A stretch of 64,000 bases of DNA from Candidatus Latescibacterota bacterium. GTDB lineage: Bacteria > Latescibacterota > UBA2968. The notes under the pieces are model-generated. The model was not told the DNA's origin. It did no database searches and saw only the letters and a list, made by a program, of their open reading frames with translations. The stretch lies in contig OZ241986.1 of NCBI GenBank assembly GCA_965204375.1, positions 4,288,001 through 4,352,000 of the forward strand. The letters are read 5' to 3'. A program made the translations under genes and the position numbers. Below, piece by piece: positions 39,301-48,656 of this stretch. The first letter of the stretch is position 1. The number at the start of each line of letters is the position of its first letter.

Positions 39301-39500
39301 ACGACATCGTCGAAATAACAATCAACGGCCAGTCTTTGGGCGTACGCGCCTGGGCACCCTATTGCTGGACTGGAAAAACAGCCCATCTCAAACAAGGCAA
39401 AAATCGCGTTGTCTTCCGCATCACCAACACCCTCGAAAAATTACTTACAGGCATGACATATCAGCCGAAAACGCGCAAAATGGTTCCGGTAGAGATATAA
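36369..39500 (+). CDS. Large glycoside hydrolase (GH106/alpha-L-rhamnosidase-like with C-terminal beta-sandwich domains)
   Basis: PFWIWNG, YLS..WF, WIHDE..YP.G, LPWS, NPYWK, PFYAGTVSY, WAPY motifs. Confidence 0.7.
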   Translation: MNPKNFINPPATDRFVPFWIWNGIIEENELVRQIREMSEKRLGGFCLSTGPGLKTPYLSHIWFERVKLALETAEENGLHVWIHDEYRYPGGIGSTQITLNHPQFVAQQLTFRETVVQGGQQVDLMLPWAPVLQAFAVPLRRDRCLWEDKQDISAYLGVNHQHHALRNNSAGSDHHPYNYVSFNPTRRLYWKAPAGRWRVLVFLQEPSATSDCPGSHLDRFNPESVRTLHQTIQQPYIEQFSAFQGKTLKGILTSETHFTKDRLPWSPVLPDYFQTRNGYNILPCLPALITYFGPNTSRIRYDYFQTLSELQQRHDSARSADWCKEHDLNYASDITPLRNAHRTSIPIPGTGGSVKRTREHVVSYRHSPEFATSLAAQTSTSRVLNTCFQNTGWATTLQDMKAQLDTLGTHGTNFFAPHALYYTLDGLRKHATSLFHQNPYWKHFHLLSDYAGRLAHLLCQGQQVADIALLDPVTSLWAHLAHPFHNWSYVGYDPDEETLTNNLVADWACIARALYQMQRPFQSLDPALLAQAEITNRQLQIGKTRYTVLIIPPITNLERAAFDKLRAFINAGGLVIALGLLPIEDIQEGTSIVEGFSRLTDMEPGRMIRDYNGHESGVHLLSRDNFMFIRTGGTVEKNQATFMLERLLDEILPRRVRIMSDGKNADAIQYHHRTDEKHHIFFFANRRNSPVTTQIYIPPSRGQIEKWDLETGKRTPLVAQSTGEMSRINLSFDRLQSHMIVTGPEKTKKEEPLVETLKLNLTGHWKVDPEEDNALRLDKFKTKFDPSNTGKRQGWHQPTYSDSRWSETRLQPFDDPEEKTICWYRKTFIADIVPSKLSLVMDRSAIQGEHQIYINGSKLPSNAFRPTFRFDHANATCSVGQRINKGKNVIAIRVEVNSPGDGLVDALYLFGRFQVKSWRNVYPKLSPLQDSGPIFDLKAQGLPFYAGTVSYTRDIDFKTLPQTPRFKIDLERTVKNLDDIVEITINGQSLGVRAWAPYCWTGKTAHLKQGKNRVVFRITNTLEKLLTGMTYQPKTRKMVPVEI

Positions 39501-39506
39501 AATCAC

Positions 39507-39539
39507 CTGTAGGGGCGGGTTTTAAACCCGCCCCTACAG
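39507..39539. repeat. Perfect GTAG-type REP palindrome between convergent genes
   Basis: CTGTAGGGGCGGGTTT-T-AAACCCGCCCCTACAG; contains the TAG stop of the folC-like gene. Confidence 0.85.
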
Positions 39540-41603
39540 CAAATATTTCCGTACCAGATACTGATAAATTTGCACAAAATCGCCTCGTCCATTATCCGCA
39601 TTGTAAAAGTGGCATATAGGATTGGGATTCACTTCCAGAACAAAAAAATCATTGGCATTGACGATCAAATCAATCGCGTAAAAACCCAAATCCAGCACCC
39701 GATTTAACGCCTGTGTCAACGCGCGAAAACCCTCCAATAAGTCCTCATCCACGACCACAACCGCCCTGCCCCCCGCCCGATGCAGGGGATTGATATCCTC
39801 TCCCTCAATATCTGAATCATTTTGCTTTTGATATGCGAGCAACAACTCATCCTCGCTGCCCACAATGCGATACTCAGGTCCCTCGACATACGCCTGGATC
39901 AACAACACATTGTCAAACAGGCTGCTTTCCACACACAAGTCTTGCAAGCGCGAATGCAAATCCTCTGCATTCGTCTCCAAATACACGCCCCGTGCCATAG
40001 ATCCGCGATTGCGTTTCAGCACAACTGGAAAAGACATATGTTGCACCACATCGCGTACAATATCTGCCACAGAAGCATGCGTCTTATACCGATCAAACCG
40101 CCGGTCAGATAGAGGATTAAACACCGTCATCGTTTTAGGCACTGTGATATTCGCCCGGCCAAACACCTCGTATTGATACCCCTTATCTTCTGCCAACTTT
40201 CCAGAAACATAATCGTTAAACGGATGTTTATTGCGCAAAAAATACAGCGGCTTTCCCTCCCTCTCCACCCGAATCACATTGCCATCTGCCGACACCGCCT
40301 CATACCCCACGCCCAACTGCCGACACGCGATTTCAAGACACCGCAAACTCTCTAAAATCACATCCTCGCCAAAACTATCCGCCTCCCCGGGCAAATCCAA
40401 CACCTCGCGTGCCAACGCCACCAGATGCAGCGACCCGAGTACGCACGTAGGTTGTTGGGACACCTCAGTCAAAAAATCCAATCCCCCAGTCTCACACCGC
40501 ACGCACAGCCCCTCTGGAACCAGCGATCTCAAGCTCGCCACAGAAATGGCTTTGGGATGCGCCGACTGCGTCAAAACAACTTCGGCAGCTATGGGCGAAA
40601 GTGCCTGCAAAATACCCCGTGCATCGTGCCCCTTATTAACACCCACCACAAATCGCCACTTATCCGATAGAACTTGCAAATCGCGCACCAAAGCGCGAAC
40701 CGCATCCGGATTGTGGGCACCATCTAAAATCAACGTTTTCCGAACCACCTCAAAACGCCCGGGCAGAGCCAGATTCAAAACCACATCTCGCACCCGCTCA
40801 TCTGGCAACACCATCCCGCGCCCATCTACAATATGACGCGCCACAGCAACCGACAGCGCGGCATTCTCCCGAAAAGTAACCGGTCGATCCGCCATATCGT
40901 CCATTTCCTCATCGACCACATGCAACGCCGCACCCCGAAACGCGCACTCCCTTTCCAACAACTTCAAAACCTCGGCTGCCTGCCCTGACCCCGTAAACAG
41001 CGGCCTTCCCGAACGCGCAATATGTACCTTATCCGCCGCAATCTCACACAGCGTATTGCCCAACACATCCACATGATCCAGATGAATAGCCGTCAACACA
41101 GCAACTTTTGAATCCCACGCATTGGTCGCGTCAAATTGTCCACCCAGCCCCACTTCAAAAACAGCCCAATCCACATTTGCCCGCGCAAAGTGATGGGCTG
41201 CCAAAACCGTGAGCGCCTCAAACTTGCTAAACGCACCCCAGCCTTCGCGCTCAAAATCGCGGCTTTTCTCGTAAAAATGTGCGACGCCTTCGGCCCACAC
41301 ATCGCGCGCGAGCACCTCGCCATCAACGCATATCCGCTCGCGCACCGTGTGCAAATGCGGCGACGTATAAAGCCCCACGCGAAAACCCGCTGCCCGCAAC
41401 AACTCAGATAGCAAATAACTCACCGTCCCCTTGCCATTTGTCCCCCCCACAATAACAGAGTCAAACCGCGCCTGGGGGTTATCCATGCGATGCAACAGAG
41501 CGCGCACACGCGGCAAATAATTTTCCAGCGCACCTTCTATCGGCTCACCCGTTTCCCAATCGGGCAACGTATTGAGAAACCGATTGCTCCGAAAATAGTT
41601 CAT
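39534..41603 (-). CDS. folC: FolC-like Mur ligase fused to a C-terminal ATP-grasp domain
   Basis: GTNGKGT, YTSPHL..VRERI, FEVGLGG..DATN, DGAHN; then FPVVLK..RGSMARGV, IQAYV, AIDL...LEVNPNP. Confidence 0.8.
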   Translation of the reverse strand: MNYFRSNRFLNTLPDWETGEPIEGALENYLPRVRALLHRMDNPQARFDSVIVGGTNGKGTVSYLLSELLRAAGFRVGLYTSPHLHTVRERICVDGEVLARDVWAEGVAHFYEKSRDFEREGWGAFSKFEALTVLAAHHFARANVDWAVFEVGLGGQFDATNAWDSKVAVLTAIHLDHVDVLGNTLCEIAADKVHIARSGRPLFTGSGQAAEVLKLLERECAFRGAALHVVDEEMDDMADRPVTFRENAALSVAVARHIVDGRGMVLPDERVRDVVLNLALPGRFEVVRKTLILDGAHNPDAVRALVRDLQVLSDKWRFVVGVNKGHDARGILQALSPIAAEVVLTQSAHPKAISVASLRSLVPEGLCVRCETGGLDFLTEVSQQPTCVLGSLHLVALAREVLDLPGEADSFGEDVILESLRCLEIACRQLGVGYEAVSADGNVIRVEREGKPLYFLRNKHPFNDYVSGKLAEDKGYQYEVFGRANITVPKTMTVFNPLSDRRFDRYKTHASVADIVRDVVQHMSFPVVLKRNRGSMARGVYLETNAEDLHSRLQDLCVESSLFDNVLLIQAYVEGPEYRIVGSEDELLLAYQKQNDSDIEGEDINPLHRAGGRAVVVVDEDLLEGFRALTQALNRVLDLGFYAIDLIVNANDFFVLEVNPNPICHFYNADNGRGDFVQIYQYLVRKYLL

Positions 41604-41667
41604 CTTTACCTTTCAAAATAACGTATTATTGTACTCAGAAACCGTCCATTCCCACCAGGAGGAACCG

Positions 41668-42930
41668 ATGGAACGCATTGTCGATCCAAAATACCGCTTT
41701 GCCTTCTCCTCCAAAACCGGCCGGCCATACTACCGCAAGTGCTATTGGGAAAATCTCTACGTCTTCACCTACGGCACAGATCGCGCACTCGTTGCAACGC
41801 GCGTGGTTCCCTTCACCTCACTGCACGAAGCACTCTACACCGCCTTCAAAGGACAGCGGGGCAACACCCTCACACAGCATCTGTTGCCCGAAGTCATGCA
41901 ACAACCCTATCTCAATGTATTCAACAACAAATCTCAAGTTCAAATCTTTGCAGACAACATCTCTGCCCTCGTACCCGAACAGAACGAAGAACTCCCCGAA
42001 GAAATCACAAAAAAAATAGAAGCGCGAATAGAAGAAACCGCTTCTCGAATCATGATCGGACAGGGCATAGAAGGCGGGCTTGGTAGCTTTGCCTCGGACG
42101 AAACCACGCCCTTTCTCGCCCGCGACGAACCCGAGGACCCGAGCCGAACCATCGTGCGCGAAGACGACGAAGACGTCGCACTGATCCAGATGAGCGTGCA
42201 AATCGACGCCGCCATCAAATCACAGATGCGCGAATCGACTGCACTCACCAGAGGCTCATTCGACATCGCCGCGCGGCTATACACAAACCCCCGGTACCTC
42301 GGCTTTGTGCGTCGTCTCATCAACGCCAAAGGCAGTTATACCTCGCCCGTTGTCCGGGACTTTCTAAAATTTTATGCGCGATGCTTCAACACCAAAATTT
42401 CCGAACACCTCCGCCAGAGCAAAGACGACCCCGACATCTTGCGCCAGCGCATTGAAAGCCTATTGGGCCGCGAAAAAGGCGGACGCTATCACTACCTCAA
42501 CTATCACGACCTCACCATATTGGGACGCATTGTCAAAGGCGAACTCGCCCCAGACCCAGACGACCCCGACAAGACCACACACTGCTTCAAACTATCCAGC
42601 ACCATTGATCCCCAAACCCTTCACCTATCCGAAATTCACGACCCGGTACAGCGTTTTGCAATCCGCAAATTTGTCGAACACACCTTCAACGCCCGTCACA
42701 ACATCAAAAATATTCAATACATCGACGAAATCTCTCGACGAAAAATACCCTTCGTCGAGCACCTTCCCGACCCCATCGAGCGCGCTATGCGCTCGGGCAT
42801 CGAAACACTCGAAGCCTATCTCGACCACCTTGAACCCAAAATGCTTCACATCGCCATTGGTGCCCTTCTCCTCGCACTACTCGGCGTCGTTGCCCTCGTC
42901 CTGGGCGCATTTATCGGCCTGACACAGTAA
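41668..42930 (+). CDS. Hypothetical protein with C-terminal TM anchor
   Basis: Long ORF with host-like codon bias; GGAGG RBS. Confidence 0.75.
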   Translation: MERIVDPKYRFAFSSKTGRPYYRKCYWENLYVFTYGTDRALVATRVVPFTSLHEALYTAFKGQRGNTLTQHLLPEVMQQPYLNVFNNKSQVQIFADNISALVPEQNEELPEEITKKIEARIEETASRIMIGQGIEGGLGSFASDETTPFLARDEPEDPSRTIVREDDEDVALIQMSVQIDAAIKSQMRESTALTRGSFDIAARLYTNPRYLGFVRRLINAKGSYTSPVVRDFLKFYARCFNTKISEHLRQSKDDPDILRQRIESLLGREKGGRYHYLNYHDLTILGRIVKGELAPDPDDPDKTTHCFKLSSTIDPQTLHLSEIHDPVQRFAIRKFVEHTFNARHNIKNIQYIDEISRRKIPFVEHLPDPIERAMRSGIETLEAYLDHLEPKMLHIAIGALLLALLGVVALVLGAFIGLTQ

Positions 42931-43162
42931 AAGTAAGAAGTTAGAAGTAAGAAGTTAGAAGGCCACCCAACACCACCCCAGAGCGGATGCTTCTATCCAC
43001 TTCACACTTCACACTTCACACTTCACACTTCACACTTCACACTTCACACTTCCTACTTCACACTTCACACTTCACACTTCCTACTTCACACTTCACACTT
43101 CACACTTCACACTTCACACTTCCTACTTCACACTTCCTACTTCACACTTCCTACTTCACACT
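42931..43162. repeat. Heptamer-armed element, copy 3
   Basis: AAGTAAG/AAGTTAG arm, core, mixed CACACTT/CCTACTT array overlapping the dsbD stop. Confidence 0.92.
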
Positions 43163-45052
43163 TGCAACTGTCGGACTGAGCCCCTGTTTCAAAAAGCGGA
43201 CAAAAACATCCACATCGCGCGTCATCCCCGGAAAATGTGTAACCTCTTTTCCCCCGGGTGTCATAATCGCGTACAAAGGCAGAGCAACCGTACCAAAATG
43301 AGCCTCCTGCAAATCGCGATTGCGCTTGTATTTTTCTCCCCGCCCATCTGTGTACAACTGAACCCGTACAAACTGTTTTAGCAATGTGTGCACCTCCTTT
43401 TCGGGAAAAATATTTGCCTCCATCCAGCGGCAATTCGTACACGCATAGCCCGTAAAATCGATAAATACCGGTTTGCCCGTCGCCTTTGCTTCTGCCACCC
43501 CCCCTTCATAATCATCGCGCCAGGTCAGTTCGGGTTCGCCGCTCCTTATCTTGGCAATTTCCCCATAACTTCCATAAGGCGGGAAAAATGCATCCCATTC
43601 GCCCAGGGGTGCGCCAAAAAGACCCGTCATCAAATACAGCCCAAAAGCCAAACATCCACTACTCGCCAGCAAACGCAGCGGACCAATTGTATCGAGCACA
43701 GAATCGTGCGGCAAGCGGATCTTGCCCAACAAATAGAAACCACACAGCAAAAAAATCGCGATCCACCCCGCAATAAAGACCTCGCGCGAAATAATACCCC
43801 ACTGCCACACCAGATCGACATTGCTCAAAAATTTCAACGCAGCGGCCAATTCCAAAAACCCCATCACCACCTTCACGGAATTTAACCAGCCACCGCTTTG
43901 GGGCAGAGAAGAAAGCGCCTGCGGAAAAAGTGCCAAAAAGAAAAATGGAGAGGCAAAAGCAGCCGAAAATACCAGCATGCCCAAAATGGGCCACGCCCAC
44001 GTTCCCTGAGCCGTCAGCACCAGCAGCGTCCCCACAAAAGGCGCAGTACACGTAAACGACGTAAGAGAAAACGTGAACCCCATAATTAGAATCGCGCCAT
44101 AACTTCCCCCCTGAACCTGGTTCAACTTATTGAGCAAACCGTAAGGCAATCGAATCTCAAACAGCCCGAACAACGCCAGCGCAAAAGCCACAAAAATCGC
44201 AGTAATCAACAAATTGACCCAGGGATTGGCCGCAAACAGAGCCGCACCAGAAGCGCCCAGGGTCGCCGCCAACACCATACCCAACCCGGTAAACGTAAAA
44301 ATAATACCCCCGCAATAAGCCAGCGACTTGGTAACAGACTCTCTCCGACTCTGCGTTTCCTGCTTGGTAAAAAACGACACCGTAATGGGAATCATCGGAA
44401 ACACACACGGCGTGAGCAAAGCCAGAAAACCCATCCACAAAGACAGGTACAAAAACGCGCTCAAACCCTCTGTAATCGCACGCTCAACATCGGCCACGCT
44501 ACCCGTACCATCCAGAGGTACAGCGGGCGCTTCAACAGCAGAAAACACAAACTCAGCCCGCGCAGGTCCCGCCTCCACCACCACGGGGATCTCAAATGCG
44601 TACGTATTCGGCGGCAAACACTGCGTCGCATTGCAAAGCATATAGATCACTTCACCCGACAGCACCCGCTCGCCCGGCATCCCCTCACCCACCTCGGCCC
44701 GCACCCCAAACCGCACTTTGGGATGGTAATATTCCACATTCATCTCAAAATTTGGATCGTATTCCACAATAGGCCTGGGCTGAATCACCGCCCCCACCTG
44801 CCGAAACCCCTCGCCCGACAGCGCAATCTCCGTGGGATAGGGACCACCCGGCGGTGTGGTCGCCGAATAAATATGCCAATCATCGGAAAGATCGACATCA
44901 ATCCAAACCGCAACAGCCTCCCCAACCCGCGCCGCCTTTGGCTCCACCATCACCCCAAACGAAGCCTCATTCTGAGCCATTGCAGCACTGCTCTGAAGCA
45001 CCATCAAAACGCATACCGCGGCAAAAATCCGCATATCGATCTCCTTTTTCAC
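43151..45052 (-). CDS. dsbD: Thiol:disulfide interchange protein DsbD
   Basis: CNATQCLPP N-domain, LTPCVFPMIP and FTCTAP TM cysteines, DFTGYACTNC thioredoxin domain. Confidence 0.93.
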   Translation of the reverse strand: MKKEIDMRIFAAVCVLMVLQSSAAMAQNEASFGVMVEPKAARVGEAVAVWIDVDLSDDWHIYSATTPPGGPYPTEIALSGEGFRQVGAVIQPRPIVEYDPNFEMNVEYYHPKVRFGVRAEVGEGMPGERVLSGEVIYMLCNATQCLPPNTYAFEIPVVVEAGPARAEFVFSAVEAPAVPLDGTGSVADVERAITEGLSAFLYLSLWMGFLALLTPCVFPMIPITVSFFTKQETQSRRESVTKSLAYCGGIIFTFTGLGMVLAATLGASGAALFAANPWVNLLITAIFVAFALALFGLFEIRLPYGLLNKLNQVQGGSYGAILIMGFTFSLTSFTCTAPFVGTLLVLTAQGTWAWPILGMLVFSAAFASPFFFLALFPQALSSLPQSGGWLNSVKVVMGFLELAAALKFLSNVDLVWQWGIISREVFIAGWIAIFLLCGFYLLGKIRLPHDSVLDTIGPLRLLASSGCLAFGLYLMTGLFGAPLGEWDAFFPPYGSYGEIAKIRSGEPELTWRDDYEGGVAEAKATGKPVFIDFTGYACTNCRWMEANIFPEKEVHTLLKQFVRVQLYTDGRGEKYKRNRDLQEAHFGTVALPLYAIMTPGGKEVTHFPGMTRDVDVFVRFLKQGLSPTVASVK

Positions 45053-45072
45053 TCACATTTCACATTCATATC

Positions 45073-45135
45073 GGGCGAAAAATTTTTCGCCCCTACATAT
45101 CTGCGTCCATCTGCGTCCATCTGCGGATCACACTT
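45073..45135. repeat. GTAG-type REP identical to 35024-35047 plus ATCTGCGTCC 10-mers
   Basis: GGGCGAAAAATTTTTCGCCCCTAC then ATCTGCGTCCATCTGCGTCCATCTGCGGATC. Confidence 0.8.
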
Positions 45136-45136
45136 C

Positions 45137-48100
45137 TCACCGCCTCTTAATAACCAGAAGCGTCACATCATCTGTCTGTGCCGCCGACGCGCGAAATTCA
45201 ACCAGATCATCGATCACCGTATCGATCAAAACATCGGCACTCGCGCCCGCGTGTTCTTTGAGCAAAACTTCCAGGCGCGCTTCCTCGTAAAACTCCCCCT
45301 CTTCATTTTGCATATCGGTCACGCCATCGCTATAGAGCACCAGCATATCGCCAAAATCCAAAAACGCACGCGCCTCTCTCGGCTCGGTATCGACCTCGGG
45401 TGGCAACGTCATACCCAAAGGCACAGACATCAATTCTATCATCTGCAAATCACCACCCACAGACACCCGATAGGGATAGGGATGTCCGGAATTGGCCAAA
45501 ACAATCTCCCCGGTCTCTAAATCCAGCGTCCCCAAACAGCACGTCACAAAACTCGCCGCATCAAATTGCTCTTGCAAAACGAGATTTAAATTCCGCAACA
45601 CATCTATCGGCGTCTGTGCCGCGCGAACCTCATAGTGCAACATCCCGCTCAATTGCATAGCCCGCACAGCACCCTGCATCGCCTTGCCCGACACATCTGC
45701 GGCTCCAAACCCCAGTATTTTCCGATCGTCATCCAACCAGAAATACGTAAAATAATCACCACCGACGTGGTTGGCTGGCAAACATCTCCCCACCACTTCA
45801 AAACCCTTTTCGCGCACGGGGGCTCGGGGCAACAGACCCATCTGCATATCGTGGGCTTCCTGAAGTTCCGTCTCCAATTCGTCAATCAACTGCGTCTGCG
45901 CCGCACGCCAGCGTCTGTGCTTTTGAAACGCATATCCCGTCGTAACCAGCACAATGAGCAGCGAAACACCACTCAACCCCACAAACCATGGTCGTTGCCA
46001 CACAGGCGCCAACACCTCAAACACCTGCACAGCAGACGTCTTATCCACATTAAAAGCCAGATCCATAGCACGCACTTCAAATTTGTGAACACCCGCGTCC
46101 AGATCCTTCAGCAAAACCCGGTTATTGCGCGAAAAACCCGACCACGCCCCCTCACCGAGCCGCCATGAATACTGCAATGACCCATCTGGCGTCTGCTTCC
46201 ACACATCCTGCCCCGAAAATTCAAACAATGCATTTTGATACGGCGCAATTTGAACTGGCGGAGCCAAAAGAAGTGTCTCGGGCGCATCGCCATCGGGATT
46301 ATAACAACCCAACCCACCAGACGTCGCAAACCAGAGATTGCCTTCGGCATCTTGTGCCACATCCCAAACCTGTGTACTCGGCAACCCCTCTTGAACCGTA
46401 TAGCGCACCCATGCAAACCCATCGGTATGAATCGCGCCATCAATCGGCGAAGCCAACCACACCTTGCCATCATTCGCCGGAAATATCCGCCTCACCCCAT
46501 TAAACTGCGCCTGATCTGCGCCCGGCACGCGTCGCCACCTCTGCCCATTGAAATGCGCCACACCCTCGAACAGCGAACTAATCCATATCTGTCCACCAAT
46601 ATCTTCGGCAACCGCATTAATCGGCCCACCGGGTATCCCATCAGCAGCGGTGTATTTCCGCTGCTCTCCATCCGCCACATGCACTACGCCATCCACCTGC
46701 CCCAGCCACAAACTGCCATCGCTCGCCTCGCAAATCGAAATACCGAGTCTTCCGGGATTATTCTCTATCTCCGCCAGCCCCTGCGAGGCAAATAGAGCCG
46801 TCCATACCTGTCCATCGAATCGCTGAACCCCCGAGCGCGTAATTGCCCACACACCCCCATCTTGTGCGGGACACACGGCTCGAATCCCGAATCCTCTCCC
46901 ACTATCTGATCTTATCGCCTCCCATACCTCGCCATCATAACGCAACAATTGAAACGGCGTTACAGCCCAGAGGCTTCCTTTCCCATCGACAAACAAATCA
47001 ATCAACCGCCCGCGCACATCGCCCTCTAACTCGCGAGCCACCTGCCAGAAACCCCGTTCAAAATTGTAAATCGCATCATTGCCAACCCAGAGCTGACCCC
47101 TTTCATCGAGCGCAAAAAACGAAGCACCGCGATCATTCATCCCCGGCCAACTCCTGTGGTGCAACCACCCCGAAAGCCCCAACCGCGCAACCCCACCGCG
47201 CGTCCCCACCCAAATTGCCCCATCCGCAGCAATACAGATATCTACCACATAGCTATTGGGCAATCCCTCGCGCTCTGCAAAAATTCGCCATGTACTACCC
47301 GCATCTCGAAAAGCCGCGCCAGCCGGCGTACCAATCCACACCGTTCCATCCTGTGCAAAGCGAATCACCTGCACCCGATTGGAAGGCAACCCATCCTCAG
47401 TTGTAAATGTTTCCCATTGTCCCGAATGATATCGCTTAAGCCCGCCCTCATCGGTACCAAACCAGATCGCGCCATCGTCACTTTGCGCCATCGCCAACAC
47501 CGATACATCGTTCAAACTGTCCATATCTGCTATGGTCGTCCATTCGCCCGTATCCACATCCAATAATCCCATGCCCCGAGCAATTCCGCCAGGTCTCCCA
47601 CCCCTGCCTCGACCACCTGGTTCACCTCGACCTCTACCACCTTCAGCACCGTCTGCCCCTCTAAAACCACCGCGTCTGCCTCTGCCACCGGGTTCATCTG
47701 GTCCACCCCGTCCCATTCCAGGACCGAACAAAACACCACCACCTCGCCCCCCATAAGCGACCCAAACTTTCCCATTTTTGTCCCCCATCAAACTCTGAAC
47801 ACCTTGAAGTGGCTGACCATCTAACATCACCAGATAAAGTTGTGCGCCATCGAAGCGCAACAAATAACCTTCATCGGTCACCATACAGGCGCGACCACCA
47901 CTATCCAGCCCCAGAATCTGGCGCAAGCCCCCTCGTCCCCTGAACTCTTCTGGCGTATCAAAACCTTTCCACTCCTCACCAGAAAAATAAGCCAGCCCCT
48001 GTCCTGCACGACGATCAAAACCCCGTCCCACGGCAGCCCACAATGCCCCATCAAGCCCGGCAACCAGATCCTGAATAGCGTTTCCCGGCAGCCCATCTTC

Positions 48101-48328
48101 AACCCCGTACTTCTTCCATGAACGCCCATCATAGCGCGACACCCCACCCAGCGTGGCAAACCACATCGCCCCATCAGGCGTCTGCACCACAGCCGTCACC
48201 ACATTGTGCGCCAGCCCATCTTCTTGCCGAAAAGACGTCCACACATGCCTGGCCTCGCCCGCAAAAACCTCGGCATCGAGGCAAAGAATGAACATCCACA
48301 TAAAAAACAAAAATCTTTGACCGACCAT
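45137..48328 (-). CDS. Sensor phosphatase: beta-propeller (Reg_prop) repeats, Y_Y_Y-like domain, TM, SpoIIE/PP2C domain
   Basis: DGL..N.V....D.DG.LW.GT repeats; PVWQRPWF; VGGDY, DVSGK, YSDGVTD, DDVT. Confidence 0.9.
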   Translation of the reverse strand: MVGQRFLFFMWMFILCLDAEVFAGEARHVWTSFRQEDGLAHNVVTAVVQTPDGAMWFATLGGVSRYDGRSWKKYGVEDGLPGNAIQDLVAGLDGALWAAVGRGFDRRAGQGLAYFSGEEWKGFDTPEEFRGRGGLRQILGLDSGGRACMVTDEGYLLRFDGAQLYLVMLDGQPLQGVQSLMGDKNGKVWVAYGGRGGGVLFGPGMGRGGPDEPGGRGRRGGFRGADGAEGGRGRGEPGGRGRGGRPGGIARGMGLLDVDTGEWTTIADMDSLNDVSVLAMAQSDDGAIWFGTDEGGLKRYHSGQWETFTTEDGLPSNRVQVIRFAQDGTVWIGTPAGAAFRDAGSTWRIFAEREGLPNSYVVDICIAADGAIWVGTRGGVARLGLSGWLHHRSWPGMNDRGASFFALDERGQLWVGNDAIYNFERGFWQVARELEGDVRGRLIDLFVDGKGSLWAVTPFQLLRYDGEVWEAIRSDSGRGFGIRAVCPAQDGGVWAITRSGVQRFDGQVWTALFASQGLAEIENNPGRLGISICEASDGSLWLGQVDGVVHVADGEQRKYTAADGIPGGPINAVAEDIGGQIWISSLFEGVAHFNGQRWRRVPGADQAQFNGVRRIFPANDGKVWLASPIDGAIHTDGFAWVRYTVQEGLPSTQVWDVAQDAEGNLWFATSGGLGCYNPDGDAPETLLLAPPVQIAPYQNALFEFSGQDVWKQTPDGSLQYSWRLGEGAWSGFSRNNRVLLKDLDAGVHKFEVRAMDLAFNVDKTSAVQVFEVLAPVWQRPWFVGLSGVSLLIVLVTTGYAFQKHRRWRAAQTQLIDELETELQEAHDMQMGLLPRAPVREKGFEVVGRCLPANHVGGDYFTYFWLDDDRKILGFGAADVSGKAMQGAVRAMQLSGMLHYEVRAAQTPIDVLRNLNLVLQEQFDAASFVTCCLGTLDLETGEIVLANSGHPYPYRVSVGGDLQMIELMSVPLGMTLPPEVDTEPREARAFLDFGDMLVLYSDGVTDMQNEEGEFYEEARLEVLLKEHAGASADVLIDTVIDDLVEFRASAAQTDDVTLLVIKRR

Positions 48329-48458
48329 TTACTCTACTCCTTCATAGTCACATCGCGTCGTCTGTATATAATACCAATCATTGCACCCCCCACAAAGAAT
48401 AAACGCCTGTGCCCGCCTTTCGTCTCACTTGATATCGCGCATGCAATATCATATTTTA

Positions 48459-48584
48459 TGCGGGCTGGATCGCGGCCCCGTATTACAACCTACGGGACAT
48501 GCTTTAAGCCTGCCGCGATGACGAGTGCCTTTCGCATCTCACCTTCTTTCACTCCACCGTGAACTTTGACCGCAACCAGCCGCA
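48459..48584 (+). ncRNA. Candidate structured RNA in a divergent intergenic region
   Basis: End pairing TGCGGGCTGG/CCAGCCGCA, ATCGCGGC/GCCGCGAT, CCCGTA/TACGGG; TTGATA-17-TATTTT upstream. Confidence 0.35.
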
Positions 48585-48592
48585 CACCGTTC

Positions 48593-48642
48593 CACACTTC
48601 CTCCTTCACACTTCTCACTTCACACTTCTCACTTCACACTTC
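48593..48642. repeat. Partial heptamer array (CACACTT/CTCACTT)
   Basis: About seven imperfect units directly before the sulfatase RBS. Confidence 0.8.
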
Positions 48643-48656
48643 AAAAGGAGCTTCTC

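Noticed and set aside
42987-43301. ORFs with HTSHFTL repeats (also 8511-8798, 48566-48775)
   Set aside because: Translations of the heptamer arrays, with no evidence of being genes
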